64,000 nucleotides of DNA from Clostridia bacterium (GCA_017536475.1 JAFXHH010000010.1:3365-67364), one strand, 5' to 3'. Shown: positions 1-10,919, counted from the stretch's first letter. A program made the numbers and translations. The notes: generated by a model from the sequence alone, not told the origin.

Positions 1-947
1 TATTGCTTCGCTCCAAGATTTTGACTGATAAAAGTAGTAGTCGCCATATTGAAGCTCATCATCGGAAGAAATGCAAAGCCCTCGATCTTGGCGTGCGTTC
101 CGTACGCCGCGGTGGCGAATTTTCCAAATCCGTTGATCTGAGTCTGCACGATAACGTTGGCGAATGCGATAACGGAATTCTGCACGCCCGAGGGAAGACC
201 GTAAGTCAGTATCTCCTTGAACATATCTCCGTGTATGCGAAGCTTTTTGATCTCCACCGTAAAGATGTTGCCCTTTTTGAGAAGATAGATCATACAAAGC
301 ACAACGCTTGCAAGCTGGGAAATGACCGTAGCAAATGCCGCCGACCATACGCCCCACTCAAAAACTCCAACGAAAAGCACGTCAAGAATTATATTGAGCA
401 CCGACGAGAAAATGAGATAGTATAGCGGACGCTTGCTATCTCCTACCGCATTCATAATACCGCGGCAGATATTGTACATTACAAGCCCGACCGACCCGAA
501 GAAATACCATCTGAAATATTCGATCGCCTCGGGGAGCACGTCGGGGTCGGTCCTCATCCACACGAGAAACGTGGGAGTAAAGAGAACACCGATAACTGTA
601 AGGAAAACACCGCTGAGTAGACCGAAAACGATATTGGTATGTATAGCTTTTGAAACGTTGTCGGGGTTGTTTGCTCCGAAATAGCGGGATATGACGATTC
701 CCGCGCCCATAGCGGTACCGTTGAAAAAGCTGACTAAAAGAAAGATCAGAGTACCCGAGGAGCTGACCGCCGCCAGAGCGTCAGTTCCGAGAAAATGACC
801 GACTATAAGTGAGTCTGCGGTGTTATATAATTGTTGAAAAACCTGGCTTAGCATGATGGGGAGCGCAAAGGCTATGATATTTGAGTAAATACCGCCCTTC
901 GTCATATCCCTCGTGCCCTTTGCACCGGCAATAGAGGAGTTTGCCAT
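1..947 (-). CDS. MATE family efflux transporter (N-terminal part; 3' end runs off the window)
   Basis: Own minus-strand translation from ATG at 945-947 gives MANSSIAGAKGTRDMTKGGIYSNIIAFALPIMLSQVFQQLYNTADSLIVGHFLGTD..., a typical MATE N-terminus. The frame is open to the window edge, so it is absent from the ORF track. The + ORFs 3..425 and 433..684 are its antisense shadows. Confidence 0.8.
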   Translation of the reverse strand, partial: MANSSIAGAKGTRDMTKGGIYSNIIAFALPIMLSQVFQQLYNTADSLIVGHFLGTDALAAVSSSGTLIFLLVSFFNGTAMGAGIVISRYFGANNPDNVSKAIHTNIVFGLLSGVFLTVIGVLFTPTFLVWMRTDPDVLPEAIEYFRWYFFGSVGLVMYNICRGIMNAVGDSKRPLYYLIFSSVLNIILDVLFVGVFEWGVWSAAFATVISQLASVVLCMIYLLKKGNIFTVEIKKLRIHGDMFKEILTYGLPSGVQNSVIAFANVIVQTQINGFGKFATAAYGTHAKIEGFAFLPMMSFNMATTTFISQNLGAKQ

Positions 948-991
948 TTTTATGCCTTTCGATAAATTCAAGTCGTATTTTTAACAGAATC

Positions 992-1489
992 TTATCTCAA
1001 GATAATTCTGCTTTCGCTTCCCGAGAAGTTGGTTATCACGAATCGCCCCTTTAAGACCGTGAATTTTCTTTTCCATTTAGTCAAGGGCGTTTCTATCTTC
1101 TTGATAAACCTGTCCAGCTCCTCGCTCATATCGTCCACATCATCGGTTATCGGGAATATCCGAGTATAGAAGGGAGCACCAAATCCGATGTCATCGCCGT
1201 CGGCAAATCCGAGCACGAAGATTATTTTATCCGAGATTATGTCACCTATCGCGCTTATCGCCTGGTCGACCGTTATGGGAGAAGATCCCACCACGTCAGC
1301 TATCTGTCCTACAGATATAAGACAACCCTCGTCGCTCACGCTCACGGCAATGGGCATTGACGGTTGCTTTTCGTTGGGATATATGATCTCGCAGAATTCG
1401 TTCCCGCGATTGTCCACGTCGTACATCACCTTTTTATCAAAGGCGGGCAGAGCACGACGCAAATATTCGATTTTTTCTTCAATATTCAT
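992..1489 (-). CDS. hypothetical protein (165 aa), co-transcribed with ogg
   Basis: Clean ORF whose ATG lies 3 nt after the ogg stop. No recognisable motif. Confidence 0.6.
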   Translation of the reverse strand: MNIEEKIEYLRRALPAFDKKVMYDVDNRGNEFCEIIYPNEKQPSMPIAVSVSDEGCLISVGQIADVVGSSPITVDQAISAIGDIISDKIIFVLGFADGDDIGFGAPFYTRIFPITDDVDDMSEELDRFIKKIETPLTKWKRKFTVLKGRFVITNFSGSESRIILR

Positions 1490-1492
1490 ATA

Positions 1493-2425
1493 TCAGCCCT
1501 CCTGCGATTGCAGATATCTTTCGTAATAGAAAAGGTATTGCTGAGCGATTCCTGCGTATTGTCCAAGACTGTCGGGGTCAAAATCCGCGTCAAAATATTT
1601 TGCGATCACCTTTTTTATCCAGACGTCGATAGGAAAAGCGTCAAGCTTCGCAAATCCAAAGAGCAGAGCGCAGCTTGCCACCTTCGGACCTATACCCTTG
1701 ACCGAGCACAAATATTTTACCGCATCGGCGGTATTCATCTTCTCAATCAGATCAAGATCGATCTCCCTCGAAGACATCCGACTTGCCGCATCGTAAATAT
1801 ATTTCGCACGGAATCCGGTCTTAAGCGCCGCAAGTCCTGCGACTCCGAGTTCAATAAGACTTTCGGGAGAAGGAAACGAATAAAAGTTACCCTCGTGCGC
1901 CTTGTGCACGTCGGCAATATGCTCATCCATACCCGAAAGATCGACAGGCTCGCCGCATTCCAGAGAAATTGCCGCCACCAGCTTTTTTATCCTCGGGATA
2001 TTGTTGTTTTGCGAGATTATAAACGAGCAGATCGCCTCCCAGGCATCCTGACGGAGAATTCTTATCCCTGATGCTCTCTCAACCGCGTCGGATAATGCAG
2101 AGTTGCTTGAAAGCGAGAGAATATTGTCGTTGATCTCACCGTAATCACGGTCAAGTCCTAAAAAGCTCTTCCATATCGTTTCGTATTCCTCAACCGTCGC
2201 GTTGTATATGTAGACCGTGTTGCCGTCCTGCGCTACTGAAATATATTTTCCAAAGGCAACTCCCGCAAATTCGACATCGTGTCGGGAGTCTGAGACTTCG
2301 TCAAAGCGAAAGCACTGCCCGCAGTCAAAGACCTTTCTGACGTCAAACAACTCCACGCCGTCGAGCTTTATTATATTCATTCCGTTAGACTCTAGCGCAG
2401 AGACCGCAGCCGCCGTGTTGACCAT
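1493..2425 (-). CDS. ogg: 8-oxoguanine DNA glycosylase / DNA lyase (HhH-GPD superfamily, OGG-like)
   Basis: 310 aa. The C-terminal half carries an HhH-GPD-like region (VKGIGPKVASCALLFGFAKLDAFPIDVWIKKV). Confidence 0.75.
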   Translation of the reverse strand: MVNTAAAVSALESNGMNIIKLDGVELFDVRKVFDCGQCFRFDEVSDSRHDVEFAGVAFGKYISVAQDGNTVYIYNATVEEYETIWKSFLGLDRDYGEINDNILSLSSNSALSDAVERASGIRILRQDAWEAICSFIISQNNNIPRIKKLVAAISLECGEPVDLSGMDEHIADVHKAHEGNFYSFPSPESLIELGVAGLAALKTGFRAKYIYDAASRMSSREIDLDLIEKMNTADAVKYLCSVKGIGPKVASCALLFGFAKLDAFPIDVWIKKVIAKYFDADFDPDSLGQYAGIAQQYLFYYERYLQSQEG

Positions 2426-2455
2426 AAAAATAAACTCCGTATTAATAAAATGTAC

Positions 2456-2484
2456 TTGAAAAAAAACAAAAAATATGTTAAAAT
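2456..2484 (+). promoter_or_regulatory. sigma-A type promoter (TTGAAA-17-TAAAAT, TGn-extended)
   Basis: TTGAAA at 2456-2461, a 17-nt spacer, TAAAAT at 2479-2484. Lies upstream of the 2580 CDS. Confidence 0.55.
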
Positions 2485-2579
2485 AGACTATACGTCTATT
2501 ATACCAATATCGACAAAATATTTCAAGACGATTTTGTAACTAATTTTATATATCCGCAAATTTTTGAAAGGATTTTTAA

Positions 2580-3293
2580 ATGGAACAGATCTATACCATT
2601 CCCGTCAACGAAGCGTTTGAAGCGTCTGCGGCAGATAAAAGCTGCGGCTGTCCCTTCTGCGCACTATATAATAAGCTCGAAAACAACGAGCTTGACCTTA
2701 TCCTCGGTGCGTCAATGATGGAGCCCGATGTGAGAATAAAGACCAACAAAACAGGCTTTTGCCGCACGCACTACGATATGATGTTCGTCCGCAAAAACCG
2801 ACTTGGTATGGCGCTCACGCTCGAAAGCCACCTCGACCAGCTCAAAAAGGAGCTTAAGGACGGAGGCATTGGCGGCGGAATGGGAAACAAGCCGATCAAA
2901 AGAATCGCTGAACTCGAGCAGACCTGCTACGTTTGTGAGAGGATCGCATTCAACTTCGAGCACATGGTCGAGACTGCCGTGCTGCTCTGGAACACCGACG
3001 AAAATTTTCCCGCAAAGCTTCAGGCACAGCCATATTTCTGCCTGCCTCATTACAAGATGTTTTTGCAGTACGCTCAGCACCGCCTCCCTAAAAAGAGAAT
3101 GCAGGAGTTTGCAAAGCAGGTCGAGGAGATAGAGGAAAGATACCTTGAGGAGCTGAAGGACGACGTCAGCTGGTTCTGCAAAAAGTTTGACTACAGATAC
3201 GATGAGGAGCCTTGGTATAACTCCAAGGACTCAGTCGAGCGCTCGATGAAATTTTTGCGCTCGGACATACATAAGCAAGGACATGGTAAATAA
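2580..3293 (+). CDS. DUF6062-like Cys-rich protein
   Basis: 237 aa with two similar Cys/His clusters: CGCPFC...CRTH and CYVCERI...CLPH. Confidence 0.6.
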   Translation: MEQIYTIPVNEAFEASAADKSCGCPFCALYNKLENNELDLILGASMMEPDVRIKTNKTGFCRTHYDMMFVRKNRLGMALTLESHLDQLKKELKDGGIGGGMGNKPIKRIAELEQTCYVCERIAFNFEHMVETAVLLWNTDENFPAKLQAQPYFCLPHYKMFLQYAQHRLPKKRMQEFAKQVEEIEERYLEELKDDVSWFCKKFDYRYDEEPWYNSKDSVERSMKFLRSDIHKQGHGK

Positions 3294-3295
3294 TA

Positions 3296-3859
3296 ATGAT
3301 AGATCTACTCGACCTGCATAAGCAGTTCATCCTAACACACCTCAAGGAAGGCGACGTCTGCGTGGATTTCACGATGGGCAACGGTCACGACACGGAGTTT
3401 TTGTCCAAGACCGTAGGAGAGAATGGCCACGTCTACGCCTTTGATATACAGCAGTCGGCAGTCGACTCCACCGCTAAAAATCTCAAGGCGGCAGGCTGCC
3501 CCGAAAACTATACTCTCATCTGCGACTCGCATCATAACGTAAAGAATTACGTCAAAGAGCCGATAAAGGCGGGAATGTTCAACCTCGGCTGGCTTCCCGG
3601 CGGCGATAAGAGCATAACCACTATGCGCGAGACCACGATCCCCGCGATCGAGGCGGCTATTGATCTCCTCGACAGCGACGCTATCCTCAATATAGCGGTA
3701 TACCCCGGACACCCCGAGGGAGATGCCGAGGGCAAGCTTATTGAAGAGCTTTTATCCTCGATGAGTCGGTTCAAGGTCTGCGCCACCAAGGTCAAGATCG
3801 TAAATTCCGCCACCTCGCCCTACTTTTTTATGATAGAAACCAAAGCAAAAAAGGATTAA
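3296..3859 (+). CDS. mnmM: SAM-dependent methyltransferase, YtqB/MnmM family (tRNA mnm5s2U34)
   Basis: Shares DxTMGNGHDTxFL, ENGHVYAFDIQ, FNLGxLPGGDKSITT and YPGHPEG with B. subtilis YtqB. Confidence 0.8.
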   Translation: MIDLLDLHKQFILTHLKEGDVCVDFTMGNGHDTEFLSKTVGENGHVYAFDIQQSAVDSTAKNLKAAGCPENYTLICDSHHNVKNYVKEPIKAGMFNLGWLPGGDKSITTMRETTIPAIEAAIDLLDSDAILNIAVYPGHPEGDAEGKLIEELLSSMSRFKVCATKVKIVNSATSPYFFMIETKAKKD

Positions 3860-3862
3860 AAT

Positions 3863-4657
3863 ATGAAAACAAAAATTACGTCCGTAATTTTACTGACCCT
3901 TGTTGCGATACTGCTTTTTTGTTCATTAGCGGCATGCAACGAGGAAGAGGATAGTGATAAGCCGTACGCTACGACGCAAGACTATACCTATAAGACCGAC
4001 GTCGCACCGGTTGCTTCGATTTTGAACACGACCGACGATGCTTATCTCGTCCTTGCAAACAAATCCGTAGTCGTCGGGCAGGACTACGTTCCAAAGAACC
4101 TCACCCTGATAAATTCAAAATACACGCGCAACGGCAAGGAACTGTATCTGGAGGGCTACGCAGCCAAGGCGGCTGAAGCGCTTGTCAAGGAAATGACGGC
4201 ACACGGATACGAGGTCTTCATTACAAGCGCATACCGAAGCTACGAATATCAGCAGACCTTGTATAACACCTATTTCGAGCAGGAAAAGGCAAAACACCCG
4301 AACTGGACCGACGAGCAGATAAAACAGGAGGTCTTGACTTATTCGGCATACCCGGGTACGAGCGAGCATCAGACCGGACTTTGCGTTGACCTTATAACCA
4401 ACGAGATGGAGGGACTTTGGAACTACGGAAGCGAGACTCCGAACAACCCCTACGACAAAGGATTTGCCGAAACGAGCGCTTATACCTGGTTGCTCGAGAA
4501 CGCCCATAAATTCGGCTTCATCCTCCGCTATCCCGAGGACAAAACGAATATAACGGGATATAGCTATGAATCCTGGCATTACAGATTCGTGGGCGTGTCT
4601 GCCGCGACCGAGATCTATGAAAAGGGAATCACTCTCGAGGAGTACCTCGGCAAATGA
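3863..4657 (+). CDS. D-alanyl-D-alanine carboxypeptidase, VanY / peptidase M15B family lipoprotein
   Basis: Signal peptide with lipobox (LAAC). Zn-binding motifs SEHQTGLCVDL and ESWHYRFVG. Confidence 0.8.
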   Translation: MKTKITSVILLTLVAILLFCSLAACNEEEDSDKPYATTQDYTYKTDVAPVASILNTTDDAYLVLANKSVVVGQDYVPKNLTLINSKYTRNGKELYLEGYAAKAAEALVKEMTAHGYEVFITSAYRSYEYQQTLYNTYFEQEKAKHPNWTDEQIKQEVLTYSAYPGTSEHQTGLCVDLITNEMEGLWNYGSETPNNPYDKGFAETSAYTWLLENAHKFGFILRYPEDKTNITGYSYESWHYRFVGVSAATEIYEKGITLEEYLGK

Positions 4658-5151
4658 TGAAAAGGGTTATAGTTGTTGGCTGTAGTGGTAGCGGAAAGAG
4701 CGTGTTTTCACGCTCTTTCGCTAATTTGACTAAACTGCCGCTTTATCATCTTGACACTATCTGGTGGCGGGAGGATGGCAGTCATATCGAGAGATCTGAA
4801 TTTGATGCGAGGCTTGTAGAGATACTTGAAAAGGATGAATGGATAATCGACGGCAACTACAGTCGCACTATGGAGCAGAGAATAGCGGCATGTGATACAG
4901 TGGTATTCTTCGATCTGCCGACGGACGTTTGTATAGACGGCATCCGAGCGCGCAAGGGAAAGGTACGAGACGATATGCCGTGGAAAAACGCTCTTGAGGA
5001 CGACGACGCGGAGTTTATGAGCTTCGTACGGGATTATAATGAGACTCATCGCCCTCGGGTAATGTCGTTGCTCGATCAATATTCCTACAAGAATATTGTG
5101 ATATTCAAAAGCAGAGAAGAATCCGAAGAATATCTTCAAAATTTAACGTAA
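4654..5151 (+). CDS. P-loop NTPase (adenylate-kinase-like / topology modulation protein family)
   Basis: Walker A motif VVGCSGSGKS at the N-terminus. ATGA overlap with the upstream stop. Confidence 0.65.
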   Translation: MMKRVIVVGCSGSGKSVFSRSFANLTKLPLYHLDTIWWREDGSHIERSEFDARLVEILEKDEWIIDGNYSRTMEQRIAACDTVVFFDLPTDVCIDGIRARKGKVRDDMPWKNALEDDDAEFMSFVRDYNETHRPRVMSLLDQYSYKNIVIFKSREESEEYLQNLT

Positions 5152-5196
5152 TAAAAAATATCCGTTGTGCAATTATGCACAACGGATATTTTTTGT
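5152..5196. terminator. bidirectional intrinsic terminator between convergent genes
   Basis: Stem ATATCCGTTGTGCA / TGCACAACGGATAT, flanked by an A-run and a T-run. Confidence 0.75.
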
Positions 5197-7308
5197 TTAT
5201 TGATCTTCGTCACTTTGAGTGTCGTCGGTAGAGTTATCTGAAGTGACATCGGTGTCAACCGATGTTTCCTCAGCCTCGGCTTCTTGAGCCTCGGGCTCAA
5301 GAACCTCAAGCTCTTGAGCTATCGGTTCTTCAGACGAAGGTTCTTGAACAATCTTTTCAGCGTCGATTTCAGCCGCCTTGTTCTTGTTGTCCTCAAGGCT
5401 CTTCTGCTTCTTCGCCTCAGCGATCGCTTCGATCTCTGCCATTACGGGACATTCGCTTTCCATAACGGCTCTGAACTGATCACCGTCCATGACCTCGTTC
5501 TTGACGAGGAATTCAGCAATGAAATGCATCTTGTGAATATCTTTTTTGAGGATATCCTTTGCCTTGTCGTAAGCGCCCGAGATTATGCGATGGATCTCGT
5601 CGTCGATCTTTGCGGCAATGTTCTCGGAGTAGTCCTGCGAAGCCGAGAAATCACGGCCGAGGAAGACCTCACCCTGATCGTTGCCAAAGGTGCGAGGACC
5701 GAGAGTGTCGGACATTCCAAGTCGCATGACCATTCTCTTTGCGGTTTTTGTAGCACGTTCAATGTCGTTCGAAGCACCGCCCGTAACGTCACCGTATACG
5801 ATCTCCTCAGCCGCACGGCCGCCGAGAAGCATAGAGATCTCTTTTATAAGAATGCTCTTGTATTCGCTGTATTTGTCCTCTGTAGGAGGATTGAGAGTGT
5901 AGCCGAGTGCACGGCCCGAGGGAATAATGGAGATCTGCTGAACGGGGTCAAGCTCGAGATGATAAGCGATCATAGCGTGACCTGCCTCGTGGTAAGCGGT
6001 CTTTTTCTTTTCGTCCTCCTTCATCGCTCTCGCCTTCTTCTTGGGGCCTGCGATAATTCTGATGAATGCGTCGGAAACGTCGTCCATGCCGATAAGACTC
6101 TTACCGCGTCTGGTTGCAAGCAGAGCTGCCTCGTTAAGAAGATTAGCAAGATCTGCACCGGTAAATCCAACGGTCATTCTTGCGATCTCCTTGAGATCGA
6201 CCGAAGGCTCAAGAGGCTTATTGCGAACGTGGACCTTAAGAATATCAACTCTTCCGTTAATATCGGGAAGATTTACGGTTATCTGTCTGTCGAAACGACC
6301 GGGACGGAGAAGTGCGGGATCAAGAACGTCGGGACGGTTAGTTGCGGCGATAACGATAATTCCTTCGTGAGAGCCGAATCCGTCCATCTCAACGAGAAGC
6401 TGGTTGAGGGTCTGCTCACGCTCGTCGTGACCGCCGCCGAGACCTGCGCCTCTGTGACGGCCGACTGCGTCGATCTCGTCTATGAATACGATGGAAGCGG
6501 GGGCTTTTCTCGCCGTGTCAAAGAGGTCGCGTACACGGGAAGCGCCTACACCGACGTACATTTCAACGAAATCAGATCCCGATATTGAGAAGAAGGGAAC
6601 GCCTGCCTCGCCCGCAACGGCTTTCGCAAGCAGAGTCTTACCCGTACCGGGAGGGCCCATAAGAAGCACGCCGTGAGGTATCTTTGCACCGAGCTTTGCA
6701 AATTTCGCGGGGCTTTTAAGGAATTCAACTATTTCGATAAGCTCTTCTTTTTCTTCGTCAGCGCCTGCAACGTCTCTGAACGTCACCTTATCTCTGTCCG
6801 AGGGAGACGCCATCTTTGCGCGCGACTTGGCAAAATTGTTCATCTTGCCCGCACCGCCGCCGCTGATCTGGCGAGTCATAATGATATACATTACGATAAG
6901 CGAGACCACGATGAGAATGATCGGCAGATATGAGAGCCAAGCGGAGTACTGTGCAGGAGCAACGTACTCACCCTGAAGAGTGCCGGCGGCGATCTGGTCT
7001 ACGATAACATCGCCGAGATCCGCGTGGAAAATACTGATACTTGCAAGGCGGTATTTTGCGATATATACGCCTTCAGAGTTTTTTGCTCCGAACTTCTGTC
7101 CGATCTCGGAGCCCTCTGTAAATTTCATTGTGATCACGTTGTCGGTATCGATCTCAAAGCTTGCGACCTCACCGCCCTTGAAAGCGGCGACAACGTCCGA
7201 ATATCGCATTTTGTCTGAGGCGCTGCTCTGAAACAGGAAAGCGCAGACACCGATGACAACTGCAATCAAAACAATGTAAAAGATTAGTTGTTTTGCGGTT
7301 TTTTTCAT
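5197..7308 (-). CDS. ftsH: ATP-dependent zinc metalloprotease FtsH
   Basis: 703 aa with an N-terminal TM, AAA+ Walker A (GPPGTGKT) and a zinc HEAGH motif. It has an acidic C-terminal tail. Confidence 0.97.
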   Translation of the reverse strand: MKKTAKQLIFYIVLIAVVIGVCAFLFQSSASDKMRYSDVVAAFKGGEVASFEIDTDNVITMKFTEGSEIGQKFGAKNSEGVYIAKYRLASISIFHADLGDVIVDQIAAGTLQGEYVAPAQYSAWLSYLPIILIVVSLIVMYIIMTRQISGGGAGKMNNFAKSRAKMASPSDRDKVTFRDVAGADEEKEELIEIVEFLKSPAKFAKLGAKIPHGVLLMGPPGTGKTLLAKAVAGEAGVPFFSISGSDFVEMYVGVGASRVRDLFDTARKAPASIVFIDEIDAVGRHRGAGLGGGHDEREQTLNQLLVEMDGFGSHEGIIVIAATNRPDVLDPALLRPGRFDRQITVNLPDINGRVDILKVHVRNKPLEPSVDLKEIARMTVGFTGADLANLLNEAALLATRRGKSLIGMDDVSDAFIRIIAGPKKKARAMKEDEKKKTAYHEAGHAMIAYHLELDPVQQISIIPSGRALGYTLNPPTEDKYSEYKSILIKEISMLLGGRAAEEIVYGDVTGGASNDIERATKTAKRMVMRLGMSDTLGPRTFGNDQGEVFLGRDFSASQDYSENIAAKIDDEIHRIISGAYDKAKDILKKDIHKMHFIAEFLVKNEVMDGDQFRAVMESECPVMAEIEAIAEAKKQKSLEDNKNKAAEIDAEKIVQEPSSEEPIAQELEVLEPEAQEAEAEETSVDTDVTSDNSTDDTQSDEDQ

Positions 7309-7517
7309 TTAGTCCTCCATGTATGTTGTTGCGACTGTCGCATTGTGCCGCCCGATGTATTATAAAGCGGCGGTCGATTTCAACTTCATCATTTTATTAT
7401 ATGCCGAAAAAGTCAAATTCAACTGATATACAAATATTTATTTGCTGAAAAATTATAACATTTCAATGTTAAGTTTATGTTACGGCTTTGTGACGGTTGT
7501 GGCAAGTTTGCCGCATA

Positions 7518-8063
7518 TTATGAATACACCTCGCGCTTAAGGATAGCAACGTAGGGAAGGTTTCTGTATTTTTCATCATAATCAAGACCGTATCCGACTA
7601 CGAATTCGTCCTCGATCTCGGCGCCGCAGTAATCGGGAGTAAAGGGGACCTCGCGGCGAGAGGGCTTGTCGAGAAGCGTGCAGGTCTTAACACTGTTTGC
7701 GTTTCGGTTTTTGAGAAGCTGAGTAAGACGGGAAAGAGTTCTTCCGCTGTCAACGATGTCCTCAATAATAAGAAGATCGTACTGTTCGAGATTTTCTCTT
7801 GCGAGATCAAGGTGTATTTTTATCTCGCCTGAGTTTTTCGTGCCTGCGCCGTAAGACGATACCTTCATAAATTCTATCTCCAGGGGAAGATCAAGCTTTT
7901 TGATCAGATCGGAGGCAAATATCATCGAGCCCTTGAGAATAACTATAACGATAAGGGGCTTGGTTGAATTTTGGTAGTCCTTCATTATTTTTTGTGCCAG
8001 CTCGCCGTTGATCTTGTCGATCTGCTTTTCGTCAACGAGCACTCTTTCAATGTCCTTAAGCAT
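7518..8063 (-). CDS. hpt: hypoxanthine phosphoribosyltransferase
   Basis: 181 aa with the PRPP-binding motif LLIIEDIVDSGRTL. Conserved tilS-hpt-ftsH synteny. Confidence 0.95.
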   Translation of the reverse strand: MLKDIERVLVDEKQIDKINGELAQKIMKDYQNSTKPLIVIVILKGSMIFASDLIKKLDLPLEIEFMKVSSYGAGTKNSGEIKIHLDLARENLEQYDLLIIEDIVDSGRTLSRLTQLLKNRNANSVKTCTLLDKPSRREVPFTPDYCGAEIEDEFVVGYGLDYDEKYRNLPYVAILKREVYS

Positions 8064-8064
8064 A

Positions 8065-9483
8065 TTAAAAATCCTCCGATTTGTGTTTTCTGTATATTGA
8101 AATTACGTATTGATGATCCGCGGCGGTAGCCTTCACCCTGTCGGCAACTGCACATAGCGGCACGTAGATAGCCTCACCCGATTCGCGAACGATCGGAAGC
8201 AGGGTCCTTTCGGATGTCGGGATCTTTTTGTCACACATAATTTTTTTCACTTTTTTGTGCATTTTGTTTTCAAATATCAGATCTCCCTCACACCTGCTTG
8301 AAGCCGAGCAGAGCGAAAGATCGATGTTTTTTACGTAAGCTTGCGCGTACAATTCGTAAGCTTCGCCGCCAATGCAAAGCGACTGTAACGGACGTTGACT
8401 GCCGACGGAAACGGCAAAATCAGTCCCGTTGATCGTCAAGACACCCTCTTTTAACGAAAGCTCGTAAGAATACGCCTCACCCTCATCTTCTTCAGGCGCA
8501 AATTGCAAGCTGCCGCCCTGAATTATTGCCGCAGTTCTGTTCGGCAGAGATATCCTGCCGTTCTTTTTGCCGCCGCTATTGCGGATAAAGCCTAAAATAT
8601 CCTCAACGTGCACGGCTTCGAGCGAAGAAGACGGAAACGTTCTGCCGTAAGCCGTCATAACGATCCGCTTGGCAAGAGCAGGGTGCAGAGCTGATAACTT
8701 GTAAGCGTCGATCGAACCTTTTTCGCAAGACAAAAAGCTTTCCGCCTCAAGCCTTATGAACTCGTCGTCCTCGGACGCGGACCTTGATAAGCGAATACTC
8801 GCCCTCTCCGGAGACCCGAAAAGATCCTTGAGCTCGGGCAAAATATTGTGACGAATGCGATTTCTCGTGCAGTCGTTCTCAAGATTCGTCGAGTCGGTAA
8901 CGTATTTTATTTTGTTTTCTTCGCAAAAATCGAGAATTTCAGACTTGCTTGCCGACAGTATCGGACGAACCACGAGCCCCACTCGGTTAAAATCGCGTTT
9001 TTCGGGAATTCCGCACATTCCCGACACGCCGCAGCCGCGGCAAAGATTGAAAATTTGAGTTTCAAGATTGTCGTCGGCATTGTGCGCCGTTGCAAGAAGC
9101 TTGATGCCCCTTGAAAGCATTATTTCCTCAAAAAAAGCATACCTTGCGTCTCGCGCCGCCGTCTCAAGACTCTTTCCCTCGCTCTCTGCAAGCATAGGGA
9201 CGTCAACGTGATGAATGAAAAGCTCAACTCCGAGAGCAGAGCACAGTTCGGCGCAAAATTGCTCGTCGCGCAAAGCCTCGTTGCCGTAATTCTCGGTTCT
9301 GATGCCGTGATTGACGTGAGCCGCGTAAAGCGGAAATTTATAGACCTCGCGAAGCCGACAAAGCAGATAAAGCAGAGCCGAGGAATCGGCTCCGCCCGAA
9401 AGCGCGAGCAATACGGGCTCATTTTTCGGCAGGTCGGCGATCACATGCGGATCTTTTAAAAAATCAGGTAATTTTCGGACCAT
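8065..9483 (-). CDS. tilS: tRNA(Ile)-lysidine synthetase
   Basis: 472 aa with the PP-loop motif LALSGGADS. Conserved synteny. Confidence 0.92.
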   Translation of the reverse strand: MVRKLPDFLKDPHVIADLPKNEPVLLALSGGADSSALLYLLCRLREVYKFPLYAAHVNHGIRTENYGNEALRDEQFCAELCSALGVELFIHHVDVPMLAESEGKSLETAARDARYAFFEEIMLSRGIKLLATAHNADDNLETQIFNLCRGCGVSGMCGIPEKRDFNRVGLVVRPILSASKSEILDFCEENKIKYVTDSTNLENDCTRNRIRHNILPELKDLFGSPERASIRLSRSASEDDEFIRLEAESFLSCEKGSIDAYKLSALHPALAKRIVMTAYGRTFPSSSLEAVHVEDILGFIRNSGGKKNGRISLPNRTAAIIQGGSLQFAPEEDEGEAYSYELSLKEGVLTINGTDFAVSVGSQRPLQSLCIGGEAYELYAQAYVKNIDLSLCSASSRCEGDLIFENKMHKKVKKIMCDKKIPTSERTLLPIVRESGEAIYVPLCAVADRVKATAADHQYVISIYRKHKSEDF

Positions 9484-9520
9484 TAAAAAATCTCCGATAT
9501 TAAAATTGCAAATTAAAGGG

Positions 9521-10876
9521 TTAGTGCGGCAGATCGCTCTCGTTGACTATCTCGCGGAACTTCGTGTAGCGTCCCGTCCAGCCAACCTTGACAGTGTCGG
9601 TAGAGCCGTGACGGTTCTTGGCGATGATGACCTCCGCAACGTTCTGCTCGGTGTCGGGAGATACGTTTTCTCCCTCGGCGATCTTGTAGTAATCGTCTCG
9701 ATAAAGGAAGATGATAACGTCGGCGTCCTGCTCGATAGATCCCGATTCACGAAGATCGCTTATCATCGGCTTCTTGCTGGTACGGCTCTCGGTGCCTCTG
9801 GAAAGCTGAGAACAGCAGATAACGGGAACGTTGAGCTCCTTTGCAAGAATTTTGAGCGAACGCGAGATCTCGCTGACCTCTTGCGTTCTGTTTTCTATCT
9901 TACGGTCGGATTGCATTAGCTGTAAATAGTCGATAACGACGAGACCGAGATTGCTGACTCGGCGCAGCTTCGCCTTCATCGCGGTAACGGTGATACCCGG
10001 TGTGTCGTCGATAAGGATGTCACAGCCCGAAAGCGATGATGCCGCCTGCGCGATGTGATCCCATTCTTCGCTCTTGAGCTCGCCCGTACGCAGAGAATAG
10101 CTGTCGACAAGCGCTTCGCTGGAGATGACGCGGTTTACGAGCTGCTCTGCCGACATCTCGAGCGAGAAGATAGCAACCGCCTTTTTTGTTGCCTTCGCTA
10201 CGTTTGTGCCGATGTTAAGACAGAACGAGGTCTTACCCATACCGGGACGCGCGCCGACGATAACCAGGTCGGAGTTACCCATTCCTGCAAGCACTCGGTC
10301 GAGTGAACGGAAGCCCGTGGACGTGCCTTGAGCCGCATTGGGATCGGTCACCATCTCGCGAAGGTGAGCGTAAACGTCGGTCAGAACCTCGCGGATGTGA
10401 CGGAAGTTTTTGGTCTCTCGACCCTGTGTGATAGAATATAATCTGTTCTGTGCCGACTCAAGAATTCCCGCGACCTCGTCCTGCTCGGAGTAGGCTTGAT
10501 CGGAAACCTCGTCGCACATACGGATAAGCTGGCGCAAAACACTCTTATCCTTGACTATTTTTGCATAGTCCTTGACGTTGAGCGCGTTGGGAACGGTCTG
10601 CGCTATGACCTTTATGTATTCCTCGCCGCCCGATTTTGAGTATATACCTTTCTTAACGAGCTCGTCGATCAGAGTTACTATGTCGATCTGACTGTTGGTG
10701 ATGAAAAGACCGTGCATCGCAAGGTATATCTGCTTGTGCTCCTCAAGATAAAAATCGTCGGCAGAGATCATATCTGCAACGAGATTTATCGAAGAAGGAT
10801 CTATAAGGATAGAACCGAGCAGAGATTGCTCCGCTATTGCGGAGAAGGGCAGTTTTCTGATAATATCTTCAGCCAT
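9521..10876 (-). CDS. dnaB: replicative DNA helicase (DnaB family; DnaC in B. subtilis nomenclature)
   Basis: 451 aa with Walker A GARPGMGKT and the LPFSAIAEQSLLGSIL N-terminus. Lies downstream of rplI. Confidence 0.96.
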   Translation of the reverse strand: MAEDIIRKLPFSAIAEQSLLGSILIDPSSINLVADMISADDFYLEEHKQIYLAMHGLFITNSQIDIVTLIDELVKKGIYSKSGGEEYIKVIAQTVPNALNVKDYAKIVKDKSVLRQLIRMCDEVSDQAYSEQDEVAGILESAQNRLYSITQGRETKNFRHIREVLTDVYAHLREMVTDPNAAQGTSTGFRSLDRVLAGMGNSDLVIVGARPGMGKTSFCLNIGTNVAKATKKAVAIFSLEMSAEQLVNRVISSEALVDSYSLRTGELKSEEWDHIAQAASSLSGCDILIDDTPGITVTAMKAKLRRVSNLGLVVIDYLQLMQSDRKIENRTQEVSEISRSLKILAKELNVPVICCSQLSRGTESRTSKKPMISDLRESGSIEQDADVIIFLYRDDYYKIAEGENVSPDTEQNVAEVIIAKNRHGSTDTVKVGWTGRYTKFREIVNESDLPH

Positions 10877-10919
10877 TTTAAAAATCCTTTTGGGTTGTTA
10901 TTTTGGAATCTGGACGTTC

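Noticed and set aside
3-684. The plus-strand ORFs 3-425 and 433-684 at the window start.
   Set aside because: They are antisense to a clear MATE transporter reading frame on the minus strand (1-947), and they have no motifs.
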